A DNA stretch of 64,000 nucleotides, taken from IMG/VR virus record IMGVR_UViG_3300030012_005163, positions 32,001-96,000 of that record. The stretch is one strand, 5' to 3'. The notes beneath the pieces were generated by a model. That model saw only the letters and a program-made list of their open reading frames with translations, was not told where the DNA came from and did no database searches. The translations under genes were made by a program, and so were the position numbers. The DNA is from a virus. Positions 28,004-36,588 of the stretch are shown one piece after another (the first letter of the stretch is position 1; the number at the start of each line of letters is the position of its first letter).

Positions 28004-30775
28004 ATGCCTGCAACTGTAAAAGAAATTGAAACATACTTAGAAGGATATGACGATCAGAAATATATTGTAGGGGTTGAGTCTTCTTATAAGGAGAATAAAA
28101 TAAGTCTAATAATTCACGACCCTGAAAACGGAAAACGTATTGAAAAACATAGGTTAAAACCTTTTTTATGGATGAAGTCTCCTAATATGACTGTTTTTTA
28201 TAAAGGTGATAGAAGGAAGATAAAAGATAAAATGAGAGAGTATAGAGTTAAATTCATACCTCTTAATATAAATGATGAAAGTGGTGAGACTATACCTCGA
28301 CTAGAAGGAGGATATAAATTTTTAGTTAGATGTAAAGGTACATACGGTGATTTATTAAAGTTTTTTCAAGAAGGTGGTACACCAGTATATAGTGAAGAAC
28401 ATAGAGACAATTTTTTAGCTATAAACCCAACAGAACAATTTCTTATACAAACAGGTAAAAGATTATTTAAGGGTTTTGAAAATTATGATGATGTTCATAG
28501 ATTTTCTTTCGATATTGAAACCACTAGTTTAGATCCTGCCGATGGTAGAATTTTTCAAATTGGTATGAAAGATAATAGAGGGTTTCAACACGTATTATCA
28601 ATAGAAGGTGAAACGAGAAGGGAATTAAGAGAAAGAGAAAGAGAAGCAATTACTACATTTTTTAAAGTTATTAATCATCTTAAACCAGCGATTATTGCAG
28701 GTTATAACTCTGAAAATTTTGACTGGCATTATATAGTTAAAAGAGCACAACTTTTGAGATTAGAAATAGGACAGATTGCAAAAACATTAGGTCCAATACC
28801 TTTTTATAGGAAAAAACAAACTTTAAAAATGGGTCCTGAGATGGAATACTATGAACAAACGGTTATGTGGGGATATAATATAATGGATGTTTATCATGCG
28901 GTTAGAAGAGCACAAGCAATTAATTCTTCAATTAAACAAGCAAGTCTTAAATATATTACAAAATACTCCAATGCTGCGAAACCAAATAGGGTATATATTT
29001 CGGGTGATAAAATTAGTAAGGTTTGGAGTGATACAGATAACAAATATTGGTTTACTGATGAAAATGGTGAGTGGGGTATCATAACTAATGGTACATTACC
29101 TGAAGGTAGTAAACAAGTTACTGGTAAATATATAGTAGAGAGATACTTAATAGATGATTTGTGGGAAACTGAAAAAGTAGATAATATATTTAATCAGGCA
29201 ACGTTTCTTTTGTCTAAAATTTTACCTACTTCTTTTATGAGATCTTCTACAATGGGTACTGCGGCAACGTGGAAACTATTAATGTTAGGATGGTCATATC
29301 ATAATGGATTAGGTGTCCCACATACTATGCCTACCAAAGGTTTTACAGGTGGATTATCTAGACTATTAGAAGTGGGTTTTACAGAAAATGTAGTGAAGTT
29401 TGACTTTGCATCACTATACCCATCAATACAATTAACTCATAATGTTTTTACTGAATGTGATGTTACTGGTGCAATGAGAGGACTCCTTCAATATAATTAT
29501 GATTATCGTAATTTATATAAAGAGTTAAAATCTAAACACGCTAAATTAGGTGAAAAAGAAAAATCTGAATATTATGACAAAAAACAATTGCCATTAAAAA
29601 TATTAAATAATGGTATGTTTGGTTCTATATCTGCACCTAATGTATTCCCTTGGGGTGACACTAATATGGGTGAAAAAATTACATGTACTGGTAGACAATA
29701 CTTAAGACATATGATAAGATTCTTTAATAAAAAAGGATTTAGACCTTTAGTAGGGGATACCGATGGATTCAACTTTTCAATACCTAAATATGTAGAGGAT
29801 AATATATATACTTCCAACGGACAACATAGATTTAACGAAACAGGTAAAACCTATAAAGGTTTAGATGCCGTTGTTGCAGAATATAATGATAAGTATATGA
29901 AAGGTGTAATGGGGTTAGATGTGGATGAAATATGTGAATCAACAATTAATATTGCACGAAAGAATTATGCAGATTTAATAGACGGAAAAGTTAAATTAGT
30001 AGGTAATACTATTAAATCTAAAAAATTACCTACATATATTGCAGAATTTATAGATAAAGGAATTCATATGTTATTAAAAGGTAAAGGATATGAATTTGTT
30101 AATGAATATTATGATACACTAGAAAAAATTTATAATCAAGAAATTCCACTTTCAAAAATAGCTAACAAATCAAGAGTTAGAATGTCTGTAAAAGATTATG
30201 AAAAAAGATCATTACAATTAAATAAGGCGGGCAACCCTTTACCTAAACAAGCACATATGGAACTTATTATAAAAGAAGGTTTAAATGTAGATTTAGGTGA
30301 TACTATATATTATGTGAATACTGGTACTAAAAAATCTCACGGTGATATTCAAACTAAAACAGATAGAAAAACTAAAGAAAAAATAGTTCATATTAATTGT
30401 CAATATATTTCACCAGATATTATAGAAAATCATCCCGATACTACGGGTAGTTATAATATAGAAAGATATATTGACGCATTTAATAAAAGGATTAAACCTT
30501 TATTAGTATGTTTTAGTCCAGAAGTGAGAGAAGATATTATAATTACTTCACCATTACATAGACAATATTTTACACAAAAACAATTAACACTAACTTCAGG
30601 ACAACCAATGAAGGAAGGTGATCAAGATACTTTAGAAGATTTATTAACAGTAACTGAAGAAGAAATGTTATTTTGGGATTTAATTAATTTATCACCTACT
30701 TATATGTTTGAGGAATATAATATAGTAGATGAGTTTTGTTTAAATCACAAACAATCCGAGAGGTCTATATTGTAA
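28004..30775 (+). CDS. polB: Family B DNA polymerase with 3'-5' exonuclease
   Basis: Exonuclease motifs FDIETT, GYNSENFD, YLIDD; polymerase motifs DFASLYPSI, KILNNGMFG, GDTDG. Confidence 0.95.
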   Translation: MPATVKEIETYLEGYDDQKYIVGVESSYKENKISLIIHDPENGKRIEKHRLKPFLWMKSPNMTVFYKGDRRKIKDKMREYRVKFIPLNINDESGETIPRLEGGYKFLVRCKGTYGDLLKFFQEGGTPVYSEEHRDNFLAINPTEQFLIQTGKRLFKGFENYDDVHRFSFDIETTSLDPADGRIFQIGMKDNRGFQHVLSIEGETRRELREREREAITTFFKVINHLKPAIIAGYNSENFDWHYIVKRAQLLRLEIGQIAKTLGPIPFYRKKQTLKMGPEMEYYEQTVMWGYNIMDVYHAVRRAQAINSSIKQASLKYITKYSNAAKPNRVYISGDKISKVWSDTDNKYWFTDENGEWGIITNGTLPEGSKQVTGKYIVERYLIDDLWETEKVDNIFNQATFLLSKILPTSFMRSSTMGTAATWKLLMLGWSYHNGLGVPHTMPTKGFTGGLSRLLEVGFTENVVKFDFASLYPSIQLTHNVFTECDVTGAMRGLLQYNYDYRNLYKELKSKHAKLGEKEKSEYYDKKQLPLKILNNGMFGSISAPNVFPWGDTNMGEKITCTGRQYLRHMIRFFNKKGFRPLVGDTDGFNFSIPKYVEDNIYTSNGQHRFNETGKTYKGLDAVVAEYNDKYMKGVMGLDVDEICESTINIARKNYADLIDGKVKLVGNTIKSKKLPTYIAEFIDKGIHMLLKGKGYEFVNEYYDTLEKIYNQEIPLSKIANKSRVRMSVKDYEKRSLQLNKAGNPLPKQAHMELIIKEGLNVDLGDTIYYVNTGTKKSHGDIQTKTDRKTKEKIVHINCQYISPDIIENHPDTTGSYNIERYIDAFNKRIKPLLVCFSPEVREDIIITSPLHRQYFTQKQLTLTSGQPMKEGDQDTLEDLLTVTEEEMLFWDLINLSPTYMFEEYNIVDEFCLNHKQSERSIL

Positions 30776-31894
30776 AGATTTATTAAGATTTTCCGCTTCA
30801 CCTGCTTTTAGTTCTAATTGTTTAGCATTACTTAGTCTTTCCAATCTAGCGTCTAAATCTTCTAACAATTTACCTTGTTCTTCTTTACCTTCACTTAATA
30901 AACTATCATAATCCATAGTTAATTCAGAGTCAGGAACTTTTATTGCCCCACTAAATTTACCTCTTACTCTTCCTAAGGCTTCTTTAAACAATGCCGTAAG
31001 ATATCTTCTTACCCATACTCTAGTTGGTTCGTTTAAATCAGAGTACATTAGTTTTGAAAGGGGTACATCATTAGGTAATTTTATAATATCTTTATTTTCA
31101 TTTAAACATAAATTTATTTCATCTTCGGACATTCCATTAGTATCATAATAATAATACCATACTTTAGTACCTGCTAACCCTACTTGGCTACCAACTAAAC
31201 CACCAGCACTAAAAGATAGTCTACTTCCTGGTATCGGCATTAAATGTAATAATCTAGTACCATTCGGTCCTGCGGTAACTTTATATGTTAATTGACTTCT
31301 AAGTAATTTGGATTTTAAACTAAAATCAGATGCTCTTAATAATACATCAAAAGCGGGTGCAACATAAAAACCACCATTACCTAATCCTCCACCTTGTCCC
31401 CAACCTGCGTAAGGTACTTGTCCAAATCCTCCACCAAATCCGTAGTCTCCAAAACCAGCAAATGAATAGAGTGCATGATCTGTACTATTAGGTGTAATCC
31501 ATAAAATTTCATTTACTTCTCTACCACCTGGTATTTGATAAACTTGTTTACCTGCTTCAATGGTTACGTAATCTTTTTTTAATTCCCAAGGTCCTCTATC
31601 TTGTAACCCTACTTGTTTAGAATATGCATAGGTAAATCTACTTTCAAAATCTAATGAACGTGTAGTAAGTGCAAATGCAATATCTATTTTACTTGCATCA
31701 TTACCTAATAAAGATGACCACTGATTTTCTATTAACCAATCTTGTACTCTTTGTGCATAATCTTCAATTGCAGTTTCTAATAACGAACACATTTGATCGT
31801 TATCTAACTCAATTTTTCTAATCGGTGCACCTAATCGATGTTTTATTAATGTAAATAATTCATCTTTTAATTTATCATTTAATGCATTTCCCAT
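30740..31894 (-). CDS. Neck/head-tail adaptor protein (T4 gp13-like)
   Basis: LGAPIRKIELDNDQ, WVRRYLTALFKEALGRVRGKFSG and DYDSLLSEGKEE follow the gp13-like pattern. Confidence 0.75.
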   Translation of the reverse strand: MGNALNDKLKDELFTLIKHRLGAPIRKIELDNDQMCSLLETAIEDYAQRVQDWLIENQWSSLLGNDASKIDIAFALTTRSLDFESRFTYAYSKQVGLQDRGPWELKKDYVTIEAGKQVYQIPGGREVNEILWITPNSTDHALYSFAGFGDYGFGGGFGQVPYAGWGQGGGLGNGGFYVAPAFDVLLRASDFSLKSKLLRSQLTYKVTAGPNGTRLLHLMPIPGSRLSFSAGGLVGSQVGLAGTKVWYYYYDTNGMSEDEINLCLNENKDIIKLPNDVPLSKLMYSDLNEPTRVWVRRYLTALFKEALGRVRGKFSGAIKVPDSELTMDYDSLLSEGKEEQGKLLEDLDARLERLSNAKQLELKAGEAENLNKSLQYRPLGLFVI

Positions 31895-31912
31895 AATTTA
31901 TACTATTTATTT

Positions 31913-31932
31913 ATAAATATTAAGATATTTAT
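31913..31932. promoter_or_regulatory. Divergent pair of ATATTTAT motifs
   Basis: ATAAATAT at 31913-31920 and ATATTTAT at 31925-31932, between divergent genes. Confidence 0.5.
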
Positions 31933-31935
31933 TAA

Positions 31936-32346
31936 ATGATGAAAAGAAACCTAATAAAAAAAATTTTAAGAGAAGAAACTACTTATGAAGTAGAAAAAAA
32001 TCTTTTTCCTTATACCAAAACAGATACACACACTTCTACTGATATCTCAGTTGGGTTAATGCATAAAGCAATGAATCATTTGGCATCTGCCCTTAGAGAT
32101 ATAGAGGCAGCAATACAATTCGCATATGAAGCAGATACAAATAATGAAGATTTAATTGAAGGTTTAGAAGATATAAGGAAATCATTATTACATGGAAGTG
32201 GACAAGGTGCAGGATGGGACGGTACAGAGGAACACGATAATATAATTAATGAGTTAGGTTCATTAATTGATAAATATAGTGATAGTAATGATAATTTTAA
32301 TATTAATGGTTATCACGATCAGAAAGCTCCCGAAGGTACTCCCTAA
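31936..32346 (+). CDS. Hypothetical protein with an IKKILREE leader
   Basis: ORF track; preceded by the ATATTTAT motif. Confidence 0.65.
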   Translation: MMKRNLIKKILREETTYEVEKNLFPYTKTDTHTSTDISVGLMHKAMNHLASALRDIEAAIQFAYEADTNNEDLIEGLEDIRKSLLHGSGQGAGWDGTEEHDNIINELGSLIDKYSDSNDNFNINGYHDQKAPEGTP

Positions 32347-32590
32347 TTAAAATTACTGCATCATCAATCTTTTTAAATGTTCTTTCTGGAAGAAATGCTT
32401 TTTTACCTATAACGATTGCAGGTAAGTAATCACTTTCTACTTTTTTTGAGAATGATTCATATAAAACCTCATTTTCAGATTGGTCTACATCTATTTCTTT
32501 AAATTCAATATTAGATTCCTTAAGTTGTGATTTTAAATTATCACAATGAGGACATCCTTTCATACTAAATACTATTGGTGTTACTTTCAT
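32303..32590 (-). CDS. Glutaredoxin/NrdH-like thioredoxin-fold protein (CPHC)
   Basis: VFSMKGCPHCDNLK..L....I.F.EIDVD...LPAIVI. Confidence 0.85.
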   Translation of the reverse strand: MKVTPIVFSMKGCPHCDNLKSQLKESNIEFKEIDVDQSENEVLYESFSKKVESDYLPAIVIGKKAFLPERTFKKIDDAVILIREYLRELSDRDNH

Positions 32591-34391
32591 TTTCTATTTT
32601 TTTTATAAATTCTGTTATTATATCTTCTTCACCCATTATTGTTCCTATTATTTTCTTTTTTTCGTTTAAAATATCCCATACTAATGTATCTATAGTATCA
32701 TCTATTAACATATAATAAATATTAACAGTTTTGTTTTGCCCAATTCTATATGCTCTATCTTCTGCTTGTTCATGATTACCAGGAACCCAGTCTAACGAAT
32801 TCATAATAACTATTTCTGCAGCAGTTAAAGTTAATCCTACACCCGCAGCCTTTATTTGTCCTACAAAAACTTTACAGTTATCATCTTCTTGAAATCTATC
32901 AACCGCTAATTGTTTTTGTTTTTCGGACATTCCTCCTCTGATACAAACACATTTGTCTCCAAAGTGTCTAATAAAAGCATCCATCTCATCATTAAAATTA
33001 CAAAATATTATAGTTTTTTTATCTAACTCTAAAGCTTCTTCAACCTTTTCTATTGTATAAGGTACAGTTTCCATTGCGATAAAAGTTCTTAACAAAGTAG
33101 CTTCTACTAAATCTCTTGCTGGATTACCTTTTTTACCGTCTATTTTTCTTTGTGCTAAATATTCTTCCCATACATTTTTATAACCATCTACATTTTGTAA
33201 TTCTAAATAAATTGGTGTTATAAGTTTATCTGGTAAATCTAATACTTCTTCTTTTTTACGTCTCAAAATAGTTCTTTTTGTTTTCTGTGCTAATTCTTCT
33301 AAATTAGACGCACCTTTAGTAACCCAAACAAATCTACCACCTTTTTTAAATCTAACACCTTCACAATATGTTCTAGCATAATGAACCCAATTATTAGCAA
33401 CACTACACTCTATTATTGATAATAAGTTATAATAATCCATAGGACGATTAGCTATAGGTGTACCTGTTAATAACCAACATCTTTTAGGTGAAAATCTTTT
33501 GGATATATCTTTTAAAATTTTACCTCTAATACTTTTATGGTTTTTAACAAAGTGAGCTTCATCTAAAATAATTAAATCAGGATTAAATTCAACTATTTCT
33601 CTTCTTAATTCCCATTCTTCATATTTTTTACCCCTTTCTTCTATTGTGTGGAAATTTTTAAGTATGTCATAATTTATAATAGTAAATCTATTTGGATCCC
33701 AATGTTTACCTTTTATTATAGAAACATCTTCACAGAAATTTTGTACTTCTCTCATCCAATTAATCTTCAAAGATGCAGGACAAACAATTAAAACTCTTTC
33801 TGCACCACATTCTAATGCGGCAACAATAGATTGGTAAGTTTTACCTAATCCCATATCATCCGCTAAAATACATTTTTTATTTTTTAATAAAAATTCTATC
33901 CCTTCTTCTTGATGTTTAAACGCCCTCCATCCTCTTTTATCTAAATCAATATATTTTTCAAAATCTACTTCTACATCTATTTCTTCATAATGTATATCCT
34001 CAATTAATTGAGTTTTAGGAATCCATATTAATTTAACTTCTTTTTGATTTTTATAAAATTTACATATTGCATGTATTGCTTTATCACTTTCTGCCAAAAT
34101 AGTTTCTACTAATATTTTTGAAATAGGTACTTTTAATTTATATTCTTCTTGCAGTTGATTGGAATAGTATTCTGTTAATTTTACAACTTTATTGATTGTT
34201 TTAGGAATATAATTAAAGTAATTAGTAATATATTTTGTTTGACTATTAGTTAAGAAATAAGACTTTTCCGTTTGGTATTTTTTCTTTATATAATTAATAT
34301 AAGGATTTTTACCTTCATATGTCACTAACAGTTCTTCTATTTTTAATCCCTTTATGTCTTTTATGTCTAACATATTTCTAATTATAATCAT
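32565..34391 (-). CDS. SNF2/HARP-like DEAH helicase (true start may be the ATG at 34373)
   Basis: ILADDMGLGKT, IVCPASLKINW, LILDEAH, LTGTPIANR, AAGVGLTLTAA, QAEDRAYRIGQ. Confidence 0.92.
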   Translation of the reverse strand: MIIIRNMLDIKDIKGLKIEELLVTYEGKNPYINYIKKKYQTEKSYFLTNSQTKYITNYFNYIPKTINKVVKLTEYYSNQLQEEYKLKVPISKILVETILAESDKAIHAICKFYKNQKEVKLIWIPKTQLIEDIHYEEIDVEVDFEKYIDLDKRGWRAFKHQEEGIEFLLKNKKCILADDMGLGKTYQSIVAALECGAERVLIVCPASLKINWMREVQNFCEDVSIIKGKHWDPNRFTIINYDILKNFHTIEERGKKYEEWELRREIVEFNPDLIILDEAHFVKNHKSIRGKILKDISKRFSPKRCWLLTGTPIANRPMDYYNLLSIIECSVANNWVHYARTYCEGVRFKKGGRFVWVTKGASNLEELAQKTKRTILRRKKEEVLDLPDKLITPIYLELQNVDGYKNVWEEYLAQRKIDGKKGNPARDLVEATLLRTFIAMETVPYTIEKVEEALELDKKTIIFCNFNDEMDAFIRHFGDKCVCIRGGMSEKQKQLAVDRFQEDDNCKVFVGQIKAAGVGLTLTAAEIVIMNSLDWVPGNHEQAEDRAYRIGQNKTVNIYYMLIDDTIDTLVWDILNEKKKIIGTIMGEEDIITEFIKKIENESNTNSI

Positions 34392-34403
34392 TTTTTTGCA
34401 AAG

Positions 34404-34417
34404 TATAAATATTTATA
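34404..34417. promoter_or_regulatory. Perfect 14-bp palindrome TATAAATATTTATA (putative bidirectional late promoter)
   Basis: Read directly; lies in the gap between the divergent helicase and head-closure genes. Confidence 0.5.
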
Positions 34418-34429
34418 GAAAAAAGATAC

Positions 34430-34951
34430 ATGAAATATAACAGAAAAGTACCAATTACGAGAGTAAATAAGTTTTTTTCACAAGAAGATTTTAATTTAGA
34501 GGTAAATTTTGGTAGAGAATGGCTTGAAGGAGATATTAATATTAAAGTTGTTCTTTTTCAAGTTGATCAAGGTAAATCATTAACGGATGATATATACGGA
34601 GAAGCAGCACCTAATGAAATAAGATTTAAAACGCCTGTGGAAATAACTGTTAATTTTCAAATGGAATCTCCTAAAAATGAAGCTTGGAATCCTAATGGTA
34701 GTTTAAGACATTTAGAACACGGTAATCTAACTTTGGGTGTCTATCAATCACATTTAGATGAATTGGGGGTTGAAATAAATTACGGTGATTATATAGGGTA
34801 TCCAGAAACTGAGGATAAAATGACTTATTGGACAGTATCTAATAATGGTATAATAACATCAGACAACGCACACACTATAGCAGGATATAAAGGATTTTAC
34901 AGAACTGTGACATGTGTACCGACTCCTGAAGATGAATTTAAAGGTATTTAA
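34430..34951 (+). CDS. Head-closure/neck protein (T4 gp14-like)
   Basis: DDIYGEA...I.F..PVE, G.LT.GVY..HL.EL...I.YGDYIG motifs; position next to the tail terminator. Confidence 0.7.
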   Translation: MKYNRKVPITRVNKFFSQEDFNLEVNFGREWLEGDINIKVVLFQVDQGKSLTDDIYGEAAPNEIRFKTPVEITVNFQMESPKNEAWNPNGSLRHLEHGNLTLGVYQSHLDELGVEINYGDYIGYPETEDKMTYWTVSNNGIITSDNAHTIAGYKGFYRTVTCVPTPEDEFKGI

Positions 34952-34956
34952 TATAA

Positions 34957-35988
34957 ATGGGACTTCCTAAAAATTATAGAAAAAATTTAAAATTTACGCC
35001 TACACCACAAGGTTTTGAAGCCCGACAAGGAATTTTGAATGATATTGCGAATCCGGGAACGTATCTTCCTAAAGGTATTCTACATGAAGATATGGACAGA
35101 GAATTTGTTCAATATATGGAAGACGATATAACTTTAGTATTGAATGGTGAAAAAGTACCAGTTATTTTCTTAAGTATACAAAGATGGGCAGAGTTTGCAA
35201 AAACTTGGCAATTTTCGGATGAATACAAAAATATAACAATGCCTTTTATTACTATAATAAGAAAACCAGACGCACAAACAGGAACTAATTATGCAGGAAA
35301 ATTTAATGTGCCTGGTAAACCTACTTTTACATATATGAAAATACCTACATGGGATGGTAACATAAAAAGTTTTGACATTTATAAAATACCACAACCTGTT
35401 TCAGTAGATTTAAATTATGAAGTGAGATTATTTTGTACTAGAATGAGGGATTTAAATATATTAAATAGATTGATGTTAGATTCATTTTCTGCGGGTGAAA
35501 AATATATAAGAGTAAATGGACACCCAATTCCTCTTATGATGGACAATATTGGTGATGAGAGTTCCATACAAAATTTAGATGAAAAAAGATATTACGTACA
35601 ATTATTTAGTATTAAAATGTTAGGTTATTTATTAGATCCTAAACAATTTGAGGTTACACCTGCAATTAGTAGAGCAATTAACTTCTTTGAGGTTAGTGAA
35701 AATGTACATTATGCGGCATTTCAGATTAAACCGAGGGAAGAAGATACCTCAATTGAAATCAACATACAATATGCACCAGGAATTAATGTTTTCCAATTGG
35801 TAGTTGAAAATGATACAGAATATAACAATATTTCTCAACAAAATATTAGTTCTTTTACTATAACTGTAGATGGAGAAGTGAAAAACTTACCTTTTGAAGT
35901 GACATATGGACAAACATTAGAAATAAACATAACAAAATTAGATGTGGCAAATACCGCATTTCTTACATTAATAGGTAATACAAAATGA
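34957..35988 (+). CDS. Tail terminator/sheath stabiliser (T4 gp15-like) with a C-terminal extension
   Basis: KVPVIF...QRW, IPQPVSVDLNYEV..F, RYYVQ.FSIKMLGYL motifs; position before the sheath. Confidence 0.7.
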   Translation: MGLPKNYRKNLKFTPTPQGFEARQGILNDIANPGTYLPKGILHEDMDREFVQYMEDDITLVLNGEKVPVIFLSIQRWAEFAKTWQFSDEYKNITMPFITIIRKPDAQTGTNYAGKFNVPGKPTFTYMKIPTWDGNIKSFDIYKIPQPVSVDLNYEVRLFCTRMRDLNILNRLMLDSFSAGEKYIRVNGHPIPLMMDNIGDESSIQNLDEKRYYVQLFSIKMLGYLLDPKQFEVTPAISRAINFFEVSENVHYAAFQIKPREEDTSIEINIQYAPGINVFQLVVENDTEYNNISQQNISSFTITVDGEVKNLPFEVTYGQTLEINITKLDVANTAFLTLIGNTK

Positions 35989-36284
35989 AAAGGATTATAA
36001 GAAATTATGTTGTTAGAGACCCAAAACCTATTTTGGATACACTTATAGGTGGTGGTGTAATCAATAATTATCAAGCATTAACTTTTAACCCTTCTGTTGA
36101 TGGGCAAATTATATTTGAAGAAATAATTGATTTAGATATAAGTGATGTAAATAAAACTGAATTATACATAAACGGTATAAGATATCATATAGGGAAGGAT
36201 TACCAAATAGAAAATAGAAAATTGAAGTGGGAAGGTAGTTTTAATTTAGAAACTTCTTATAATTTAGTTTTTATTGCGAGATAA
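35985..36284 (+). CDS. Small Ig-like virion protein
   Basis: GQIIF...ELYINGI....GKDY.I...KLKW pattern; ATGA overlap with the upstream gene. Confidence 0.55.
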   Translation: MKRIIRNYVVRDPKPILDTLIGGGVINNYQALTFNPSVDGQIIFEEIIDLDISDVNKTELYINGIRYHIGKDYQIENRKLKWEGSFNLETSYNLVFIAR

Positions 36285-36285
36285 A

Positions 36286-36444
36286 CTATTTAAGTATTTC
36301 TCCATATAAATCTTTTTTGGGTATACATTTCTCTTTAATTATTTTTTCCACAAATGCAAACATTTTCAATCCATTTTCCTCACAATAAGTTTTTAATAAT
36401 AAATGAGTTTTAGGGGTTATTTTTAGATTTTTAGTCCTTTTCAT
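36286..36444 (-). CDS. Small ribbon-helix-helix (CopG/Arc-like) DNA-binding protein, 52 aa
   Basis: Hand translation MKRTKNLKITPKTHLLLKTYCEENGLKMFAFVEKIIKEKCIPKKDLYGEILK: alternating beta strand (KNLKI), helix, G turn, helix. Below the ORF-track cut-off. Confidence 0.75.
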   Translation of the reverse strand: MKRTKNLKITPKTHLLLKTYCEENGLKMFAFVEKIIKEKCIPKKDLYGEILK

Positions 36445-36459
36445 AGTTGTTTTTTATAT

Positions 36460-36491
36460 AAGTATGATAAAAGTATGAAAAATATCATACT
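36460..36491. promoter_or_regulatory. Operator-like repeat array upstream of the RHH gene
   Basis: AAGTATGA at 36460 and 36471 (11-bp period), plus ATCATACT at 36484-36491, the inverted copy of AGTATGAT at 36461-36468. Confidence 0.55.
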
Positions 36492-36588
36492 AAATATCTT
36501 AATATTAAAATAAATCACTTACTTTCAAAAATAATTGCATATTTATAATAAAAACAAAATAATAAAAAAGATTAAAATAAAAAATTAA

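Noticed and set aside
28004-34391. Inteins or introns in the polymerase or helicase
   Set aside because: Catalytic motifs are at normal spacing, with no C/S...HN splice signature or homing-endonuclease motif.
34392-34410. Bacteroidota-type -7 box for the helicase on the minus strand (TATACTTTG)
   Set aside because: It does not fit TAnnTTTG spacing and I found no matching -33 box.
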